Shown here: in pieces, positions 1 through 10,015 of the stretch
Layout of the letters: every line of letters starts with the position of its first letter
Position numbering within the stretch: the first letter of the stretch is position 1
Assembly: GCA_965263355.1 (NCBI GenBank)
Contig: CBDHHL010000032.1
Location: 3,680,001-3,744,000, forward strand
Reading direction: 5' to 3'
From: Leptolyngbyaceae cyanobacterium
GTDB lineage: Bacteria > Cyanobacteriota > Cyanobacteriia > Phormidesmidales > Phormidesmidaceae
Length of the DNA: 64,000 nt
Program-made: the position numbers and the translations under genes
The notes under the pieces: generated by a model
Databases searched by the model: none
What the model was told of the DNA's origin: nothing
The model's input: only the letters and a program-made list of their open reading frames with translations

Positions 1-527
1 AAAGCATAAACCAGAATCAAGACAATGGCCACAGATACAGAAAGACGCTGCAATGTAGCTTCAGTAATGGATGGGGAGGTAAAATCCACTGCTGTCGGTA
101 ATAAGATCGCGATCACCGCCAGATTCATGGACGATGCATTCATGCGAGCAATCACTGGCTGGAATTTCTGTTCTTTAAATTTAATGCCTCCTAGCAGCAT
201 AGACAGGCCCATGACCAGTAGCAGGTTACCAATGATGGAGCCCGTAATACTGGACTTAACGATATCAATCAGGCCTGCATTTAATGCAATCAGAGCAATA
301 ATCAATTCTGTGGCGTTACCAAAGGTGGCATTGAGTAAGCCTCCCAAGGATGGCCCTAACACCACAGCGATTTCCTCAGTGGCATGCCCCATCCAACCCG
401 CTAACGGAATAATGGCAATGGCAGCCGTAACAAAAACCGCCAGGTCACCCCACCCAAGGAAATAAGCGGCGGCTGAAATAGGCACAAATATAAGCAGACC
501 AAAGAAAATTAGGTTTTTGATGGACAT
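1..527 (-). CDS. cax: Ca2+/H+ antiporter (CAX/ChaA family); 5' part only, runs off the window edge
   Basis: Manual translation from ATG at 527: MSIKNLIFFGLLIFVPIS...IIPLAGWMGHATEEIA...GGLLNATFGNATELII...GSIIGNLLL. GNATE is the CAX alpha-1 repeat motif. Absent from the ORF track because its stop lies outside the window. Confidence 0.9.
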   Translation of the reverse strand, partial: MSIKNLIFFGLLIFVPISAAAYFLGWGDLAVFVTAAIAIIPLAGWMGHATEEIAVVLGPSLGGLLNATFGNATELIIALIALNAGLIDIVKSSITGSIIGNLLLVMGLSMLLGGIKFKEQKFQPVIARMNASSMNLAVIAILLPTAVDFTSPSITEATLQRLSVSVAIVLILVYA

Positions 528-801
528 GAAGGCCTTAAATCAATGGTTAGATCGAGGGTTTACTAAGAAACGAACGCTATTGAAAAAATACTCAACTCAA
601 ATGTCGGCTTTTTTCCAAAAGAGCTGAGCGTTACTCTAACTCTCAATGGCAACATCAGATTACCCAAAGGCGGGACATGTGAGGGAATAATTCCAATTAT
701 TCTTGGAATGAATTTTACAAGTTGTGCCAGTATCTGCAGGCCTTAATCATTACCGCATTAGATTGATTACTGGTGTTGAGTACCGGTCCAGTAAGGGTGG
801 C

Positions 802-1788
802 ATGGCTTTAAAACTAGTTCTAGCAAGTCTGGGTTCATTAGTCTTGGCTTTGATAGTGTTCTATTTCTGGGCTACCTCCGGTAGCTATCCTCGCGAGAAA
901 TATACAGAAATCTTCACCTACGATGTTGAAGATATTAGTGCCGATAGCGATACATTTTCCCTGGTGTCTTATAACATCGGTTACCTGTCGGGGTTGACTA
1001 ATCAAGAGGCGATAGAGCGGCCTAAAAGCCTATTTGATCATCATTTAGACAGTGCGATCGCTACCCTAGGTTCGATTAATCCAGATATTATTGCTGTTCA
1101 AGAAATTGATATTGCTTCAAACCGCTCCTACAACGTTAACCAATTGGCTGCCCTGGCGAATGCTTTAGGATTACCCTATGCAGGGTTGGCAATTACCTGG
1201 AATAAAAACTATGTGCCATTTCCCTACTGGCCTATATCAGTCCATTTCGGCAAAATCGTCTCAGGTCAGGCTCTATTAAGTCGTTATCCAATTGTCGAAA
1301 ATGAGCGCATCGTACTCGAAAAAGTAGCCAGTCATCAGTTTTTCTATAATGCTGTCTACTTAGATCGTCTGGCTCAGATCACTCAAATAAATATTGATGG
1401 GCGTTCGCTAGTGATCATTAATGTTCATCTAGAAGCCTTTGATAACCCCACTCGGTTTAAGCAAACCTATGCTGTGCGGGAAATAGCTGAAAGCTATGCC
1501 AAGGACTATCCGGTCCTATTAGTGGGGGACTTTAATAGTGCTCTAAATCGACCTAAGGAAGGTGAGCGGTCGATTGAAGTTATGGCAGAGTCAGACCTTT
1601 TCAAATCTGCCCTACCAAGGGAGCAATGGACTGATCAGCCGACATTTCCATCTGAGCTTGCCGAGTATAAACTGGATTATTTGTTCTACACTTCCATCAG
1701 TCTTGAGCTAAAAGATACTCGAGTGATCTCTGAAATAGGGACAGCTTCGGATCACTTACCTCTAATGATGACTTTTTCCTTTAAGTGA
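802..1788 (+). CDS. Endonuclease/exonuclease/phosphatase (EEP) family protein with N-terminal membrane anchor
   Basis: SYNI, AVQE, NVHL, GDFN, LDY and SDH motifs; hydrophobic N-terminus from ATG 802 (ORF track starts at 724). Confidence 0.85.
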   Translation: MALKLVLASLGSLVLALIVFYFWATSGSYPREKYTEIFTYDVEDISADSDTFSLVSYNIGYLSGLTNQEAIERPKSLFDHHLDSAIATLGSINPDIIAVQEIDIASNRSYNVNQLAALANALGLPYAGLAITWNKNYVPFPYWPISVHFGKIVSGQALLSRYPIVENERIVLEKVASHQFFYNAVYLDRLAQITQINIDGRSLVIINVHLEAFDNPTRFKQTYAVREIAESYAKDYPVLLVGDFNSALNRPKEGERSIEVMAESDLFKSALPREQWTDQPTFPSELAEYKLDYLFYTSISLELKDTRVISEIGTASDHLPLMMTFSFK

Positions 1789-2441
1789 TGTTCGGTTTAG
1801 CACTCCACACATCTACAACTGAATTGGGGTTGGCTATCAGTGATTTTGATACAATCCATCGCCATCGAACCTGGGATCTAGGTCGCGATTTATCGAGTCA
1901 ACTTCATGGTCTACTTCAAGAGTTCTTACCATCTCAGCACTGGTCGGAGCTAACGTTTATTACTGTTTGTATTGGACCGGGTGGCTTTACCGGGACCCGT
2001 ATTGGTGTGGCGACTGCCCGTACGCTAGCACAACAGCTAAATATTCCGTTGTTTGGAATTTCTTCGCTGGCTGCGATCGCTCATCACAAGATCACAGATA
2101 ATAACCCTGGATCAGCCCAAGGCCAGCAACCGATTGATATTGCAGTTACCATGCCGGCTAAACGAGGAGCGGTCTATGGTGCTATTTATCACTGGAATGG
2201 TTCAACTCTGCTGTCTAAGCTGACAGATGCGGTTTTACCTGCTAGCGACTGGGAAGCAAAACATACCCATTGGCCCCAGCCACTGTTACCCGTATCTGTG
2301 GAGTCAGGCATTGGCTTAGCAGACACCACACTATCGCTGCTGCAGCTGGGATACGAACAGTTTTTATCTGGCAACCATGTCGACTGGCGGCAGGTGATGC
2401 CGTTTTATGGCCAGCATCCCGTTAGGGATGTAGGTAATTAA
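1785..2441 (+). CDS. tsaB: tRNA threonylcarbamoyladenosine biosynthesis protein TsaB
   Basis: LALHTST start and GPGGFTGTRIG...ARTLAQQL signature; overlaps the upstream stop (GTGA). Confidence 0.9.
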   Translation: MMFGLALHTSTTELGLAISDFDTIHRHRTWDLGRDLSSQLHGLLQEFLPSQHWSELTFITVCIGPGGFTGTRIGVATARTLAQQLNIPLFGISSLAAIAHHKITDNNPGSAQGQQPIDIAVTMPAKRGAVYGAIYHWNGSTLLSKLTDAVLPASDWEAKHTHWPQPLLPVSVESGIGLADTTLSLLQLGYEQFLSGNHVDWRQVMPFYGQHPVRDVGN

Positions 2442-2779
2442 TCCTGGTTGGCTTGACCATCGCGACGACCGAGTTCATAGACACCGCTACTGATGCAGGC
2501 AATAATGCCCCAGCTGATTGTCCAGCTATGGCCTAAACCAACGTTAAGCAAATAGCTTAACAGACTGCCAACTAGTACAAAGGGCAAGATGCTGAGGATG
2601 GAAGCGTAGAGTTCTGAAAGGTTTGATTTCGTTGTTTGAGATCGCTTAGTAGAGGCCAACCACTTCATAGCCTGTTGTTCCAGAACAGTCACTAACCTAG
2701 AAACCAAGGGCGAAAACATCAGGTAAAGTGCCAGTGCCCACAAAAATATGCCAGAAATCCAAACCGGATCAACAATCAT
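2438..2779 (-). CDS. Hypothetical membrane protein (three hydrophobic segments)
   Basis: ORF 2438..2818, likely ATG at 2779; C-terminal GVYELGRRDG looks like a conserved motif. Confidence 0.6.
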   Translation of the reverse strand: MIVDPVWISGIFLWALALYLMFSPLVSRLVTVLEQQAMKWLASTKRSQTTKSNLSELYASILSILPFVLVGSLLSYLLNVGLGHSWTISWGIIACISSGVYELGRRDGQANQD

Positions 2780-2882
2780 TGGATAAAAAATTCTAGAAGC
2801 CCTGATTTGAAATCGCACAAAGTGCCAGTCCAGTATTTTTGAGCTTCTTAAAATAAGTTTGCATAAATATAGTTTTGCACAT

Positions 2883-2954
2883 AAACCTCGTCCAAGTTGA
2901 AACCTATAGATTCGTCACAAAGAAAATGCCAATTCTGGATGTGGGCAAGGTTTA
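2883..2954 (+). repeat. 72-bp dispersed repeat, copy A
   Basis: aaacctcgtccaagttgaaacctatagattc...ttctggatgtgggcaaggttta aligns without gaps to the copies at 11185 and 43046. Confidence 0.85.
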
Positions 2955-3119
2955 TACCCCATAAAGTGATCGCTAGAGGCTTTAGATAACCATTGCTATG
3001 GGCAGCTCATAATATTTTGAAGCTACTTCTTTGGCGAAAGAAATCAACAACAAGGCTTTAACATTTGAAGCCCTAATCACGACTCACTGCTTATCCCAAA
3101 GCTAGAACTTGAAGCAGAC

Positions 3120-3713
3120 CTAGCGTTTGACCGTGACCGTAGTGCCTAGGTCTACATAGGTATATAAATCTTCAATATCCTCATTGAGCATACGAATACA
3201 GCCATGGGAGATCGCCTCCCCAATTAAACTTTCTTCATTGGTGCCGTGAAAGCCAATCTGACCATCATTGTTCGATAAAAAGCCAATCCAGTGTGAGCCT
3301 AGAGGGTTTTGCTTGTTACCTGCTGGGATGATTTCTCCAGTGATGGGATGTTCCCAGGCAGGATATTCACTCTTCTGAATCACCTCAAAGCTACCGACCG
3401 GTGTTTCCCACTCGGTCTGTCCAATGGCAACCAGGTATTGTTTGATGATTTCACCGTGATGATAAACGTCTATCGTGCGCTTGTTTAACTTCACGACAAT
3501 TTCTATATCGGATGGGGGTGTGGATTTTGTTATACGAGGTCTACGTCCCTGGAAAATTGGGATACGAGTACTAAACGCATTAGTCTCTTGGTTTGAACGA
3601 GCATCTGCCGGTTGTAAATCCAATGGATCGCGCCACTGTAGCCAAGCCAAACCCAAGGCTGAACTAATACACAACAGGGCAAAACTACTGGCTAAGGGGT
3701 GAAGACCTTGCAT
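3120..3713 (-). CDS. L,D-transpeptidase (YkuD family)
   Basis: ETPVG, NPLG..WIGF and IGFHGT...SHGCIRM catalytic motif; N-terminal TM segment. Confidence 0.9.
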   Translation of the reverse strand: MQGLHPLASSFALLCISSALGLAWLQWRDPLDLQPADARSNQETNAFSTRIPIFQGRRPRITKSTPPSDIEIVVKLNKRTIDVYHHGEIIKQYLVAIGQTEWETPVGSFEVIQKSEYPAWEHPITGEIIPAGNKQNPLGSHWIGFLSNNDGQIGFHGTNEESLIGEAISHGCIRMLNEDIEDLYTYVDLGTTVTVKR

Positions 3714-4068
3714 TACGACAAAGGATAAGAAGACGTTACAGACAGTAGATCTCGCGACAACAGATATCTAATCAATATATGGGGTATCCACTCAAGCCGG
3801 GAAATTCTGGTTAAGTAGGAATCTAGAATCCAGGAGCCAGAATTTATAAGGGATATGGTTTCTGGCTCCTGACTTCTGACGTCTATCCTGAGGAAAACTT
3901 CCCGCTTTAAGTTGGTACCCAATATATGTTTATTTTGTCGGATTCATTGAATAAAGCCAGTAGGGCAATAATAAATGCAGCAGGTCTGTGGTCTGGGACG
4001 GGAGTTGTTAGAATCAAGAGTGCTGTGGACTACCTAACATAGCAACCCACTCGTAAAGGCAAATTAGT

Positions 4069-4980
4069 GTGACCGTTAAACCAGACTGGCTGAGGGTCAA
4101 AGCCCCTCAATGGGAAAGAGTTGGCAATGTTAAAGGTATTTTGCAAGACCTAGCCCTTAACACAGTATGTGAAGAGGCGTCTTGTCCAAATATTGGTGAG
4201 TGTTTTAATGCTGGAACGGCCACGTTTTTGATTATGGGACCTGCTTGTACGCGAGCCTGTCCTTACTGCGATATTAACTTTGAAAAAAAGCCCCAGGTTC
4301 TGGATCCTACTGAGCCTTTACGTTTGGGTGAGGCGGTACGACGCATGGGGTTAAACCATGTCGTAATTACCTCGGTAAACCGCGATGATCTCCCCGATGG
4401 TGGCGCTAGCCAATTTGTCCGCTGTATTGAGGAAACCCGGAAGCTATCGCCGAAAACCACTATTGAAGTATTAATTCCTGATATGTGTGGTAATTGGGAT
4501 GCTCTGGCCATCATCCTGTCGGCTACCCCTGAGGTGATGAACCACAATACAGAGACTATCCCTCGGCTGTATCGCCGGGTAAGGCCCCAGGGCGACTACC
4601 GACGCAGTCTTGAGTTACTACAACGTACCCGTGAACTAGCACCCTGGGCCTACACCAAGTCAGGCATTATGGTGGGGCTTGGGGAAACCGATGATGAAGT
4701 GCGGCAAGTGATGACTGATCTGCGGGCTGTGGACTGCGATATCCTTACCATTGGTCAGTACTTACAGCCCACTCAAAAGCATCTTGGCGTAGAAGAGTTT
4801 GTCACCCCTGAACAGTTTGATCAGTGGCGACAGGCTGGGGAGGCCATGGGATTTTTACAGGTGGTGTCGTCACCCCTCACTCGTAGCTCTTATCACGCAG
4901 AAGAGGTCAGACGACTGATGGCTGAATATCCTCGAACAGCGCCCCCAGTCCCAAGCTATCTAGGCATTAAAGAGCGGTAG
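4069..4980 (+). CDS. lipA: Lipoyl synthase
   Basis: [12 protein letters not shown] auxiliary-cluster motif, CTRACPYC radical-SAM motif, RSSY. Confidence 0.97.
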   Translation: MTVKPDWLRVKAPQWERVGNVKGILQDLALNTVCEEASCPNIGECFNAGTATFLIMGPACTRACPYCDINFEKKPQVLDPTEPLRLGEAVRRMGLNHVVITSVNRDDLPDGGASQFVRCIEETRKLSPKTTIEVLIPDMCGNWDALAIILSATPEVMNHNTETIPRLYRRVRPQGDYRRSLELLQRTRELAPWAYTKSGIMVGLGETDDEVRQVMTDLRAVDCDILTIGQYLQPTQKHLGVEEFVTPEQFDQWRQAGEAMGFLQVVSSPLTRSSYHAEEVRRLMAEYPRTAPPVPSYLGIKER

Positions 4981-5952
4981 TGCTTTCTCTAAGGTGTGTC
5001 GTACTGACTGGGCCGAGGTTTCTAGCGCAGCTTGTTCATCCATGGTGAGGGATAGCTCAACAACGGAGTCTGCGCCATTCCTGTCGAGACGGCAGGGGAC
5101 ACCCAGATAAATATCATTGAGACCATACTGGCCATCAAGGTAGGCTGACACCGGTAAAATGGCTGACTGATTTTGAAGAATGGCGGCTACCATAGTGGCT
5201 GTTGCCGCTGCTGGAGCGTAGTATGCGCTGCTGGTTTTGAGGTGATTGACAATTTCTGCGCCACCGTGGCGGGTGCGGTCTACAAGTGCCTTAATTTTGG
5301 CAGCGGGCAGTAGGTCTGTTAGAGGAATGCTACTAACAGTGGTGTGACTGATCAGGGGAACCATCAAATCGCCATGGCCACCAAGGACCATGGTTGATAC
5401 ATCCTGGGGCGGAACGCTCAACTCGTGGGCAATAAATGTGCGAAATCTAGCGGAATCTAATATACCTGCCTGACCCATAACCCGGCTAGGGGGGAGGCCG
5501 CTTGCTTGCCAGGCCAGGTAAGCCATGATATCTAACGGGTTAGTGACCAGAATGAAATGGGCATTGGGCGAATGGGGTAAGGCCTTGGCAACGACATCTA
5601 AAATAATGCCACCATTGATCTTTAATAAATCATCCCTGGACATGCCTGGTTTGCGAGGCAATCCCGCTGTAATCACAATCACCTGGGAATCTGCTGTATC
5701 TTGATAGTCGTTGGTGCCAATGATGTGATGGTTGCAGCCTTCTAATGGACAAGCTTCGGCCATATCTAGGGCTAAGCCTTGGGGGCGACCGGTGACAATA
5801 TCTAGTAGCACAACATTGCCTAAGTTTTGGGAGAGTAGACTGCGGGCCAGACTTGCACCGACATTACCAGCCCCGATGATAGAGATTGTTGGGATAGTGA
5901 TAGACGTTGGTTTGGGAACAGTCGTTTGAAGGGATGGAATTGTTACTGCCAT
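4960..5952 (-). CDS. mdh: Malate dehydrogenase (LDH-like)
   Basis: [25 protein letters not shown] (Arg specificity residue of MDH), GGHGD; 3' end overlaps lipA convergently by 21 bp. Confidence 0.9.
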   Translation of the reverse strand: MAVTIPSLQTTVPKPTSITIPTISIIGAGNVGASLARSLLSQNLGNVVLLDIVTGRPQGLALDMAEACPLEGCNHHIIGTNDYQDTADSQVIVITAGLPRKPGMSRDDLLKINGGIILDVVAKALPHSPNAHFILVTNPLDIMAYLAWQASGLPPSRVMGQAGILDSARFRTFIAHELSVPPQDVSTMVLGGHGDLMVPLISHTTVSSIPLTDLLPAAKIKALVDRTRHGGAEIVNHLKTSSAYYAPAAATATMVAAILQNQSAILPVSAYLDGQYGLNDIYLGVPCRLDRNGADSVVELSLTMDEQAALETSAQSVRHTLEKALPLFNA

Positions 5953-6201
5953 GGGACTCCTTACAGACCGCTTGAGGGCACCTTGGCCAATCAATTGCTG
6001 CAGGTCGCCCAGGGACGGTTCACTAAATGGGTTTAAGCTATACCCATGAAGCCAATAGTTTGGTTTTGGATCTAGCTATAGCTCCATTGTGTCCAGGGCA
6101 ATTAACCTTGGGGGTATTCCATGGAGATTCTTAATACGTGGGGTTAATTGCTGCCCATTGACGTGGGGTATTTGTGTAGAGTCAAAAGGGCCAAGGTGAT
6201 A

Positions 6202-6417
6202 TTACTGAAACTCTTCGAGTTGAGCTAACTGTAGCCAAATATTGGGAGTGGGGACACGGCCAAATTTGACCAGGGCGTAGTCGTCACGAATGTCCATGAT
6301 TTCTCCTTGGGTTTCAAAGATATAGGGGGGAAATCGAGTATCGCTGGCGGTGGCTTCTACACTGTTTTCTAGCTTTTCTCGTACAACGCGAACAAAAGTA
6401 CCCTTTTTGATGGCCAT
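6202..6417 (-). CDS. ndhO: NDH-1 complex subunit O
   Basis: [30 protein letters not shown]...VPTPNIWL. Confidence 0.9.
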   Translation of the reverse strand: MAIKKGTFVRVVREKLENSVEATASDTRFPPYIFETQGEIMDIRDDYALVKFGRVPTPNIWLQLAQLEEFQ

Positions 6418-6472
6418 CACTTAGAAAAATAACTGCTCAATATATTATCGCTTCACGATTCACTACTCACCT

Positions 6473-7318
6473 CTATTTCTGACAGTTGGGGCAATAATGA
6501 GCGGAGCGTCCGGCTAGTTTAATCCGTTTAATGTGAGTGCTGCACACTCGGCAGGGTTCGTCTTCGCGGTCGTAAACCCAGGCAACACCGCCGTAGTTGC
6601 CGTTGATGCCGTGGATGTCGCGGAAGTCGCTAAAGGTGGTACCTCCGGCTTCGATACTATCAGTAAGAACTTTTCGAATGGAGGTATGTAAGCGTTTGAG
6701 ACGGGACTGAGAGATGCGATCGCACCTCACCTTGGGGCGAATACCGCTCAAAAACAACGCTTCGTCAGCATAGATATTGCCAATGCCTGCCACCATGGCC
6801 TGATCTAGGAGCAAATTTTTGACAGGTCGTTTTCTGTGTCTAAACCAATGCTGCATATAGTCTAAAGAAAACTCATCGGCAAAGGGTTCTGGACCTAACT
6901 TCTGTAAGCCTGTCATGATCTGCTCGGGCCGTTTGTCTGGAGGGACCCACCACAGCCGCCCAAAAGTCCTTTGATCAACGTAACGAAGCTCTCTTCCATG
7001 ATCAAAAAAGAGACGTACACGGCAATGGGAGGACACTGGCATTGACTGCTCAACCCACAAGAGCTGTCCCGTCATACGTAGATGACATCCTAACCACCCA
7101 GCTGGTTGTTGTTGACGCTTTAAAACTGCCAGTAAATACTTGCCCCGGCGTTGCCATGCAGTAATTTCAGCCCCGAGGACCGCTGGTAAAAACTGCTCAA
7201 TAGAAACGGGGTGAGCAATGCTGCGGTCTAGCAACACATTTCCACCCCGAATAGGTTGATTTCGAGTAACTCGACTGAGCCCTCGTCGAACAGTTTCTAC
7301 CTCAGGAAGTTCTGGCAA
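6473..7318 (-). CDS. mutM: Formamidopyrimidine-DNA glycosylase
   Basis: PELPEVE N-terminus, RRGKYL, HLRMTG, GIGNIYADE and a C-terminal zinc finger. Confidence 0.97.
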   Translation of the reverse strand: MPELPEVETVRRGLSRVTRNQPIRGGNVLLDRSIAHPVSIEQFLPAVLGAEITAWQRRGKYLLAVLKRQQQPAGWLGCHLRMTGQLLWVEQSMPVSSHCRVRLFFDHGRELRYVDQRTFGRLWWVPPDKRPEQIMTGLQKLGPEPFADEFSLDYMQHWFRHRKRPVKNLLLDQAMVAGIGNIYADEALFLSGIRPKVRCDRISQSRLKRLHTSIRKVLTDSIEAGGTTFSDFRDIHGINGNYGGVAWVYDREDEPCRVCSTHIKRIKLAGRSAHYCPNCQK

Positions 7319-7376
7319 GGTGTATTGACGAATAACTGCGCTAATTTTACCAAGCCGCCCTCAGCTGCTAACGCTA

Positions 7377-7562
7377 CTAAACTTCCTTCAGCTCAGATTC
7401 GCCAAAGTTGTTGGTATTAACTCCGGCGTAGTTAACTTTGTCAAAACGAACAACTACTGGATACTTGATACCACTTTGGTCAACGGAAGCAACCGTACCA
7501 ATATCTTGAAACCAATAAGACTCTTTCCGCAGGATACGTACTTTAGATCCACGCTTAACCAT
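7377..7562 (-). CDS. psaE: Photosystem I subunit IV
   Basis: [18 protein letters not shown]...[20 protein letters not shown]; lies next to mutM. Confidence 0.97.
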   Translation of the reverse strand: MVKRGSKVRILRKESYWFQDIGTVASVDQSGIKYPVVVRFDKVNYAGVNTNNFGESELKEV

Positions 7563-7832
7563 GAAGATTCCTCTCTTGTTCAAAGATGCATATTAATGCG
7601 AGCAGCAAGCTACCTGTTCACCAGATTACTACTCCTCTGAGCCTAACTGACATTCCGACCATTTAAGAATTGTTGCATATCGAAGATTTTGGCAATAATT
7701 CTTAAAGACCTCAAAAGATTGCTGATTTTCATGCAATAAGCTAAAGCCATCAAACGTCTTGAGCCATTTAGCTAGGAATGTTTGATGGCTCAAGATGGTT
7801 TCAAGGCTGTGTAGAGATGTGAAATAAAGCAG

Positions 7833-8720
7833 CTAAATGCCAGGACGAGCCAAAGATGGCAGACTGCTAATTGTGGAAACAGCCTCTGTTGAAGGTTCTT
7901 CTTCTTCAACTGGTTCGTCTGCGGCGGTCACCAGACGTTCTACCTCAATACCGTTCTCAACCAAAATTACTCGCGGTTCTATTGACCCCGTATCAATGCG
8001 CTTGACAAAGACGCTACCACCAGCAATTCTTTCACCTTGTCTGACATAGCGTTCTATTTCGTTCGGTGCTTTAACAATGGCATAAGGAGATCCACCAATT
8101 TGGATCACACCTGATACCCTAACAGCCCTAGCAGTGGTGGGCTGAGGAATTTCAGGTAATACTGCTATTTCCGGAGGTGCCGACTCGACCTGACGTTCTG
8201 ATATGCTCGGGCGTCCCTCTTCAGTGCCACCAGCGTTTCTTGATGAGCCTGCTGGCACTGTACTTCCTCGGGTTAATGTCCTCGGGGAGGCTGGGCCAGA
8301 AGCAGCGTTGTTACTGCTAGCTCTAACGTTATTACTGCTGGCCCTAACGTTATTATTGCTAGCCCTTACCGCTTCTGGAACTTCGATCGGTTCAGGAGGA
8401 ATTAGAGGAATTGTTAATTCTGCAAAGGGATCATTGCGAGTCCGCTCTACCCCAATAGCCCTTTCATTTGGATCGGTAGACTGAATTAAATCGCGGGCAA
8501 TGATCGTAGGAGAATTTTCTGAGATTGAAACTATACCATCTGAATCTTCTCCCTCAGGGATATCAGGGAGCTTCCCTTCCGATTTTTTTATCGGTTGAGT
8601 AATTGGCTCAGTTGAGGGAGCTGGATCTTCAGCAACATCGGTGTTGCGATTAAAGAACCCACAACCGCTCAGGGAAATTGCCCCAGTTGTTATTAGCAAT
8701 ACCAAGAGCAGACGCTGCAT
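7833..8720 (-). CDS. Lipoprotein with low-complexity linker and PilP/GspC-HR-like C-terminal beta domain
   Basis: Lipobox LSGC (Cys20 from ATG 8720), RNDPF motif, VSGVIQIGGSPYAIV...YVRQGERIAGG.VFVKRI. Confidence 0.6.
   Translation of the reverse strand: MQRLLLVLLITTGAISLSGCGFFNRNTDVAEDPAPSTEPITQPIKKSEGKLPDIPEGEDSDGIVSISENSPTIIARDLIQSTDPNERAIGVERTRNDPFAELTIPLIPPEPIEVPEAVRASNNNVRASSNNVRASSNNAASGPASPRTLTRGSTVPAGSSRNAGGTEEGRPSISERQVESAPPEIAVLPEIPQPTTARAVRVSGVIQIGGSPYAIVKAPNEIERYVRQGERIAGGSVFVKRIDTGSIEPRVILVENGIEVERLVTAADEPVEEEEPSTEAVSTISSLPSLARPGI
8307..8369. repeat. Three in-frame 21-bp tandem repeats (NNVRASS)
   Basis: gttgttactgctagctctaac / gttattactgctggccctaac / gttattattgctagcccttac. Confidence 0.85.
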
Positions 8721-8785
8721 CTTTCCATCCTCCAAGGTCTTTTGTTCGCAAAGTATAAAGCAAGATCTGCCGAATGCATAGAGGT

Positions 8786-9580
8786 TTAGACAAAATCTTT
8801 TTCCTCATCTTCCTGAGGAGTCATTAAATCTCTCAGTCGATTCAGTCCACTTTTAACTCGACGCGAAACAGTGACGGCACTAATACCCAACCGCTCAGCT
8901 GTTTCTTTCTGAGTCAAGTCATGTAGAAAAACAAATTCCAGTACTTCTTGTGTTCTACGTTCTAGCTGGGCGAGTCCTTGTTGTAGACGAATACGATCTT
9001 CCTGAGCTAATTGAAAACTTCGATACTTAGGATCAGGTAGCAAATCGCTGAGGGAAGCAGAACCACTCCCCTCGTCTTGGATGGGGGCATCTAGGCTTAA
9101 TAGTGAGCGATTTCGACTGGCTAACTTAACATCTTGCCACTCTTGAACTGTAATTTTTAGATGGTCTGCAATTTCCTGGTCAGTGGGCTTACGGTCTAAG
9201 GTCTCTTGTAATTGACGAATCACCCGGGCTGATTGGTGCTGTAAGGATTGCCAACGTCTTGGTATGCGAACTATGGCGCTACGATCTCGCAAATAGTGTT
9301 GAATTTCGCCACGGATATAGGGAATAGCAAAGGAGCTAAATGCGTAACCCTTGGACATGTCAAAACGCTCAATGGCTCGAATGAGGCCCAAACTACCAAC
9401 CTGCATCAGATCATCAAAGGTTTCATTCGAGTGGTATAACCAATGATGAGCTTCTCGGCGTACTAAGCCTAGGTTCATCTGTACTAGTTTGTTGCGTAGC
9501 TCAGGTGCATTGTTTTTTTGGTAATCATTCAGCAGTTCTAGAGTTTCGCTTTTGAGTGCGTTGTTGAGTTTAGACGACAT
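8786..9580 (-). CDS. sigF: Group 3 RNA polymerase sigma factor (SigF type)
   Basis: DLMQVGSLGLIRAIERFD...FSSFAIPYIRGEIQHYLRD, region 4 TQKETAERLGISAVTVSRR; likely ATG at 9580. Confidence 0.85.
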   Translation of the reverse strand: MSSKLNNALKSETLELLNDYQKNNAPELRNKLVQMNLGLVRREAHHWLYHSNETFDDLMQVGSLGLIRAIERFDMSKGYAFSSFAIPYIRGEIQHYLRDRSAIVRIPRRWQSLQHQSARVIRQLQETLDRKPTDQEIADHLKITVQEWQDVKLASRNRSLLSLDAPIQDEGSGSASLSDLLPDPKYRSFQLAQEDRIRLQQGLAQLERRTQEVLEFVFLHDLTQKETAERLGISAVTVSRRVKSGLNRLRDLMTPQEDEEKDFV

Positions 9581-9665
9581 GGGGAACCCCTTTGATGTTA
9601 TATGCTCAACTCTATGCCCGCTGGGATAGATGCAGTATTGAGCTAAAAAAGATAGCAACTTAAAT

Positions 9666-9719
9666 GGCTATCCACTATTGGATTAGTGCGCAAATGCCAT
9701 ACCCCAATAGTGGATAGCC
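9666..9719. repeat. Perfect 16-bp inverted repeat upstream of sigF
   Basis: ggctatccactattgg-N22-ccaatagtggatagcc. Confidence 0.85.
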
Positions 9720-10015
9720 TAGATAAAGTTCACAGTGACTGAAATCACAGCCTTCTAAATAATTAGTGACAGCCTAATCCTTAACATTTTCTCTTAACAA
9801 CTAGGTATATACGGAAGTCTAGACCGATGGTTTTCAATAGGCTGCTCTGTAATCCTAATATTCTTTACGATAGCTTTACGTTGAGACCCTCATCTTTAAA
9901 GTGAGAAAGGGCAGCAGCTCCGGAAAGCTATCTACCCTACCCATAAGTTCGACCAGTTTTAATGTCTAAGAAATCCAGCTGGATGTAATGTCATCAGCAT
10001 GAACTCTCAAAAGTG

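Noticed and set aside
25..465. 146-aa plus-strand ORF
   Set aside because: Antisense shadow of the cax gene on the minus strand.
2883..2954. GTTGAAAC in the 72-bp repeat as a CRISPR repeat end
   Set aside because: The copies are solitary and kilobases apart, and the sequence after GTTGAAAC is conserved rather than spacer-like.
3818..3890. aggagccagaa...ttctggctcct inverted repeat with heptamer-like flanks, and ORF 3713..3922
   Set aside because: Resembles common cyanobacterial short heptamer repeat (STRR-like) hairpins; the ORF has no recognisable features.
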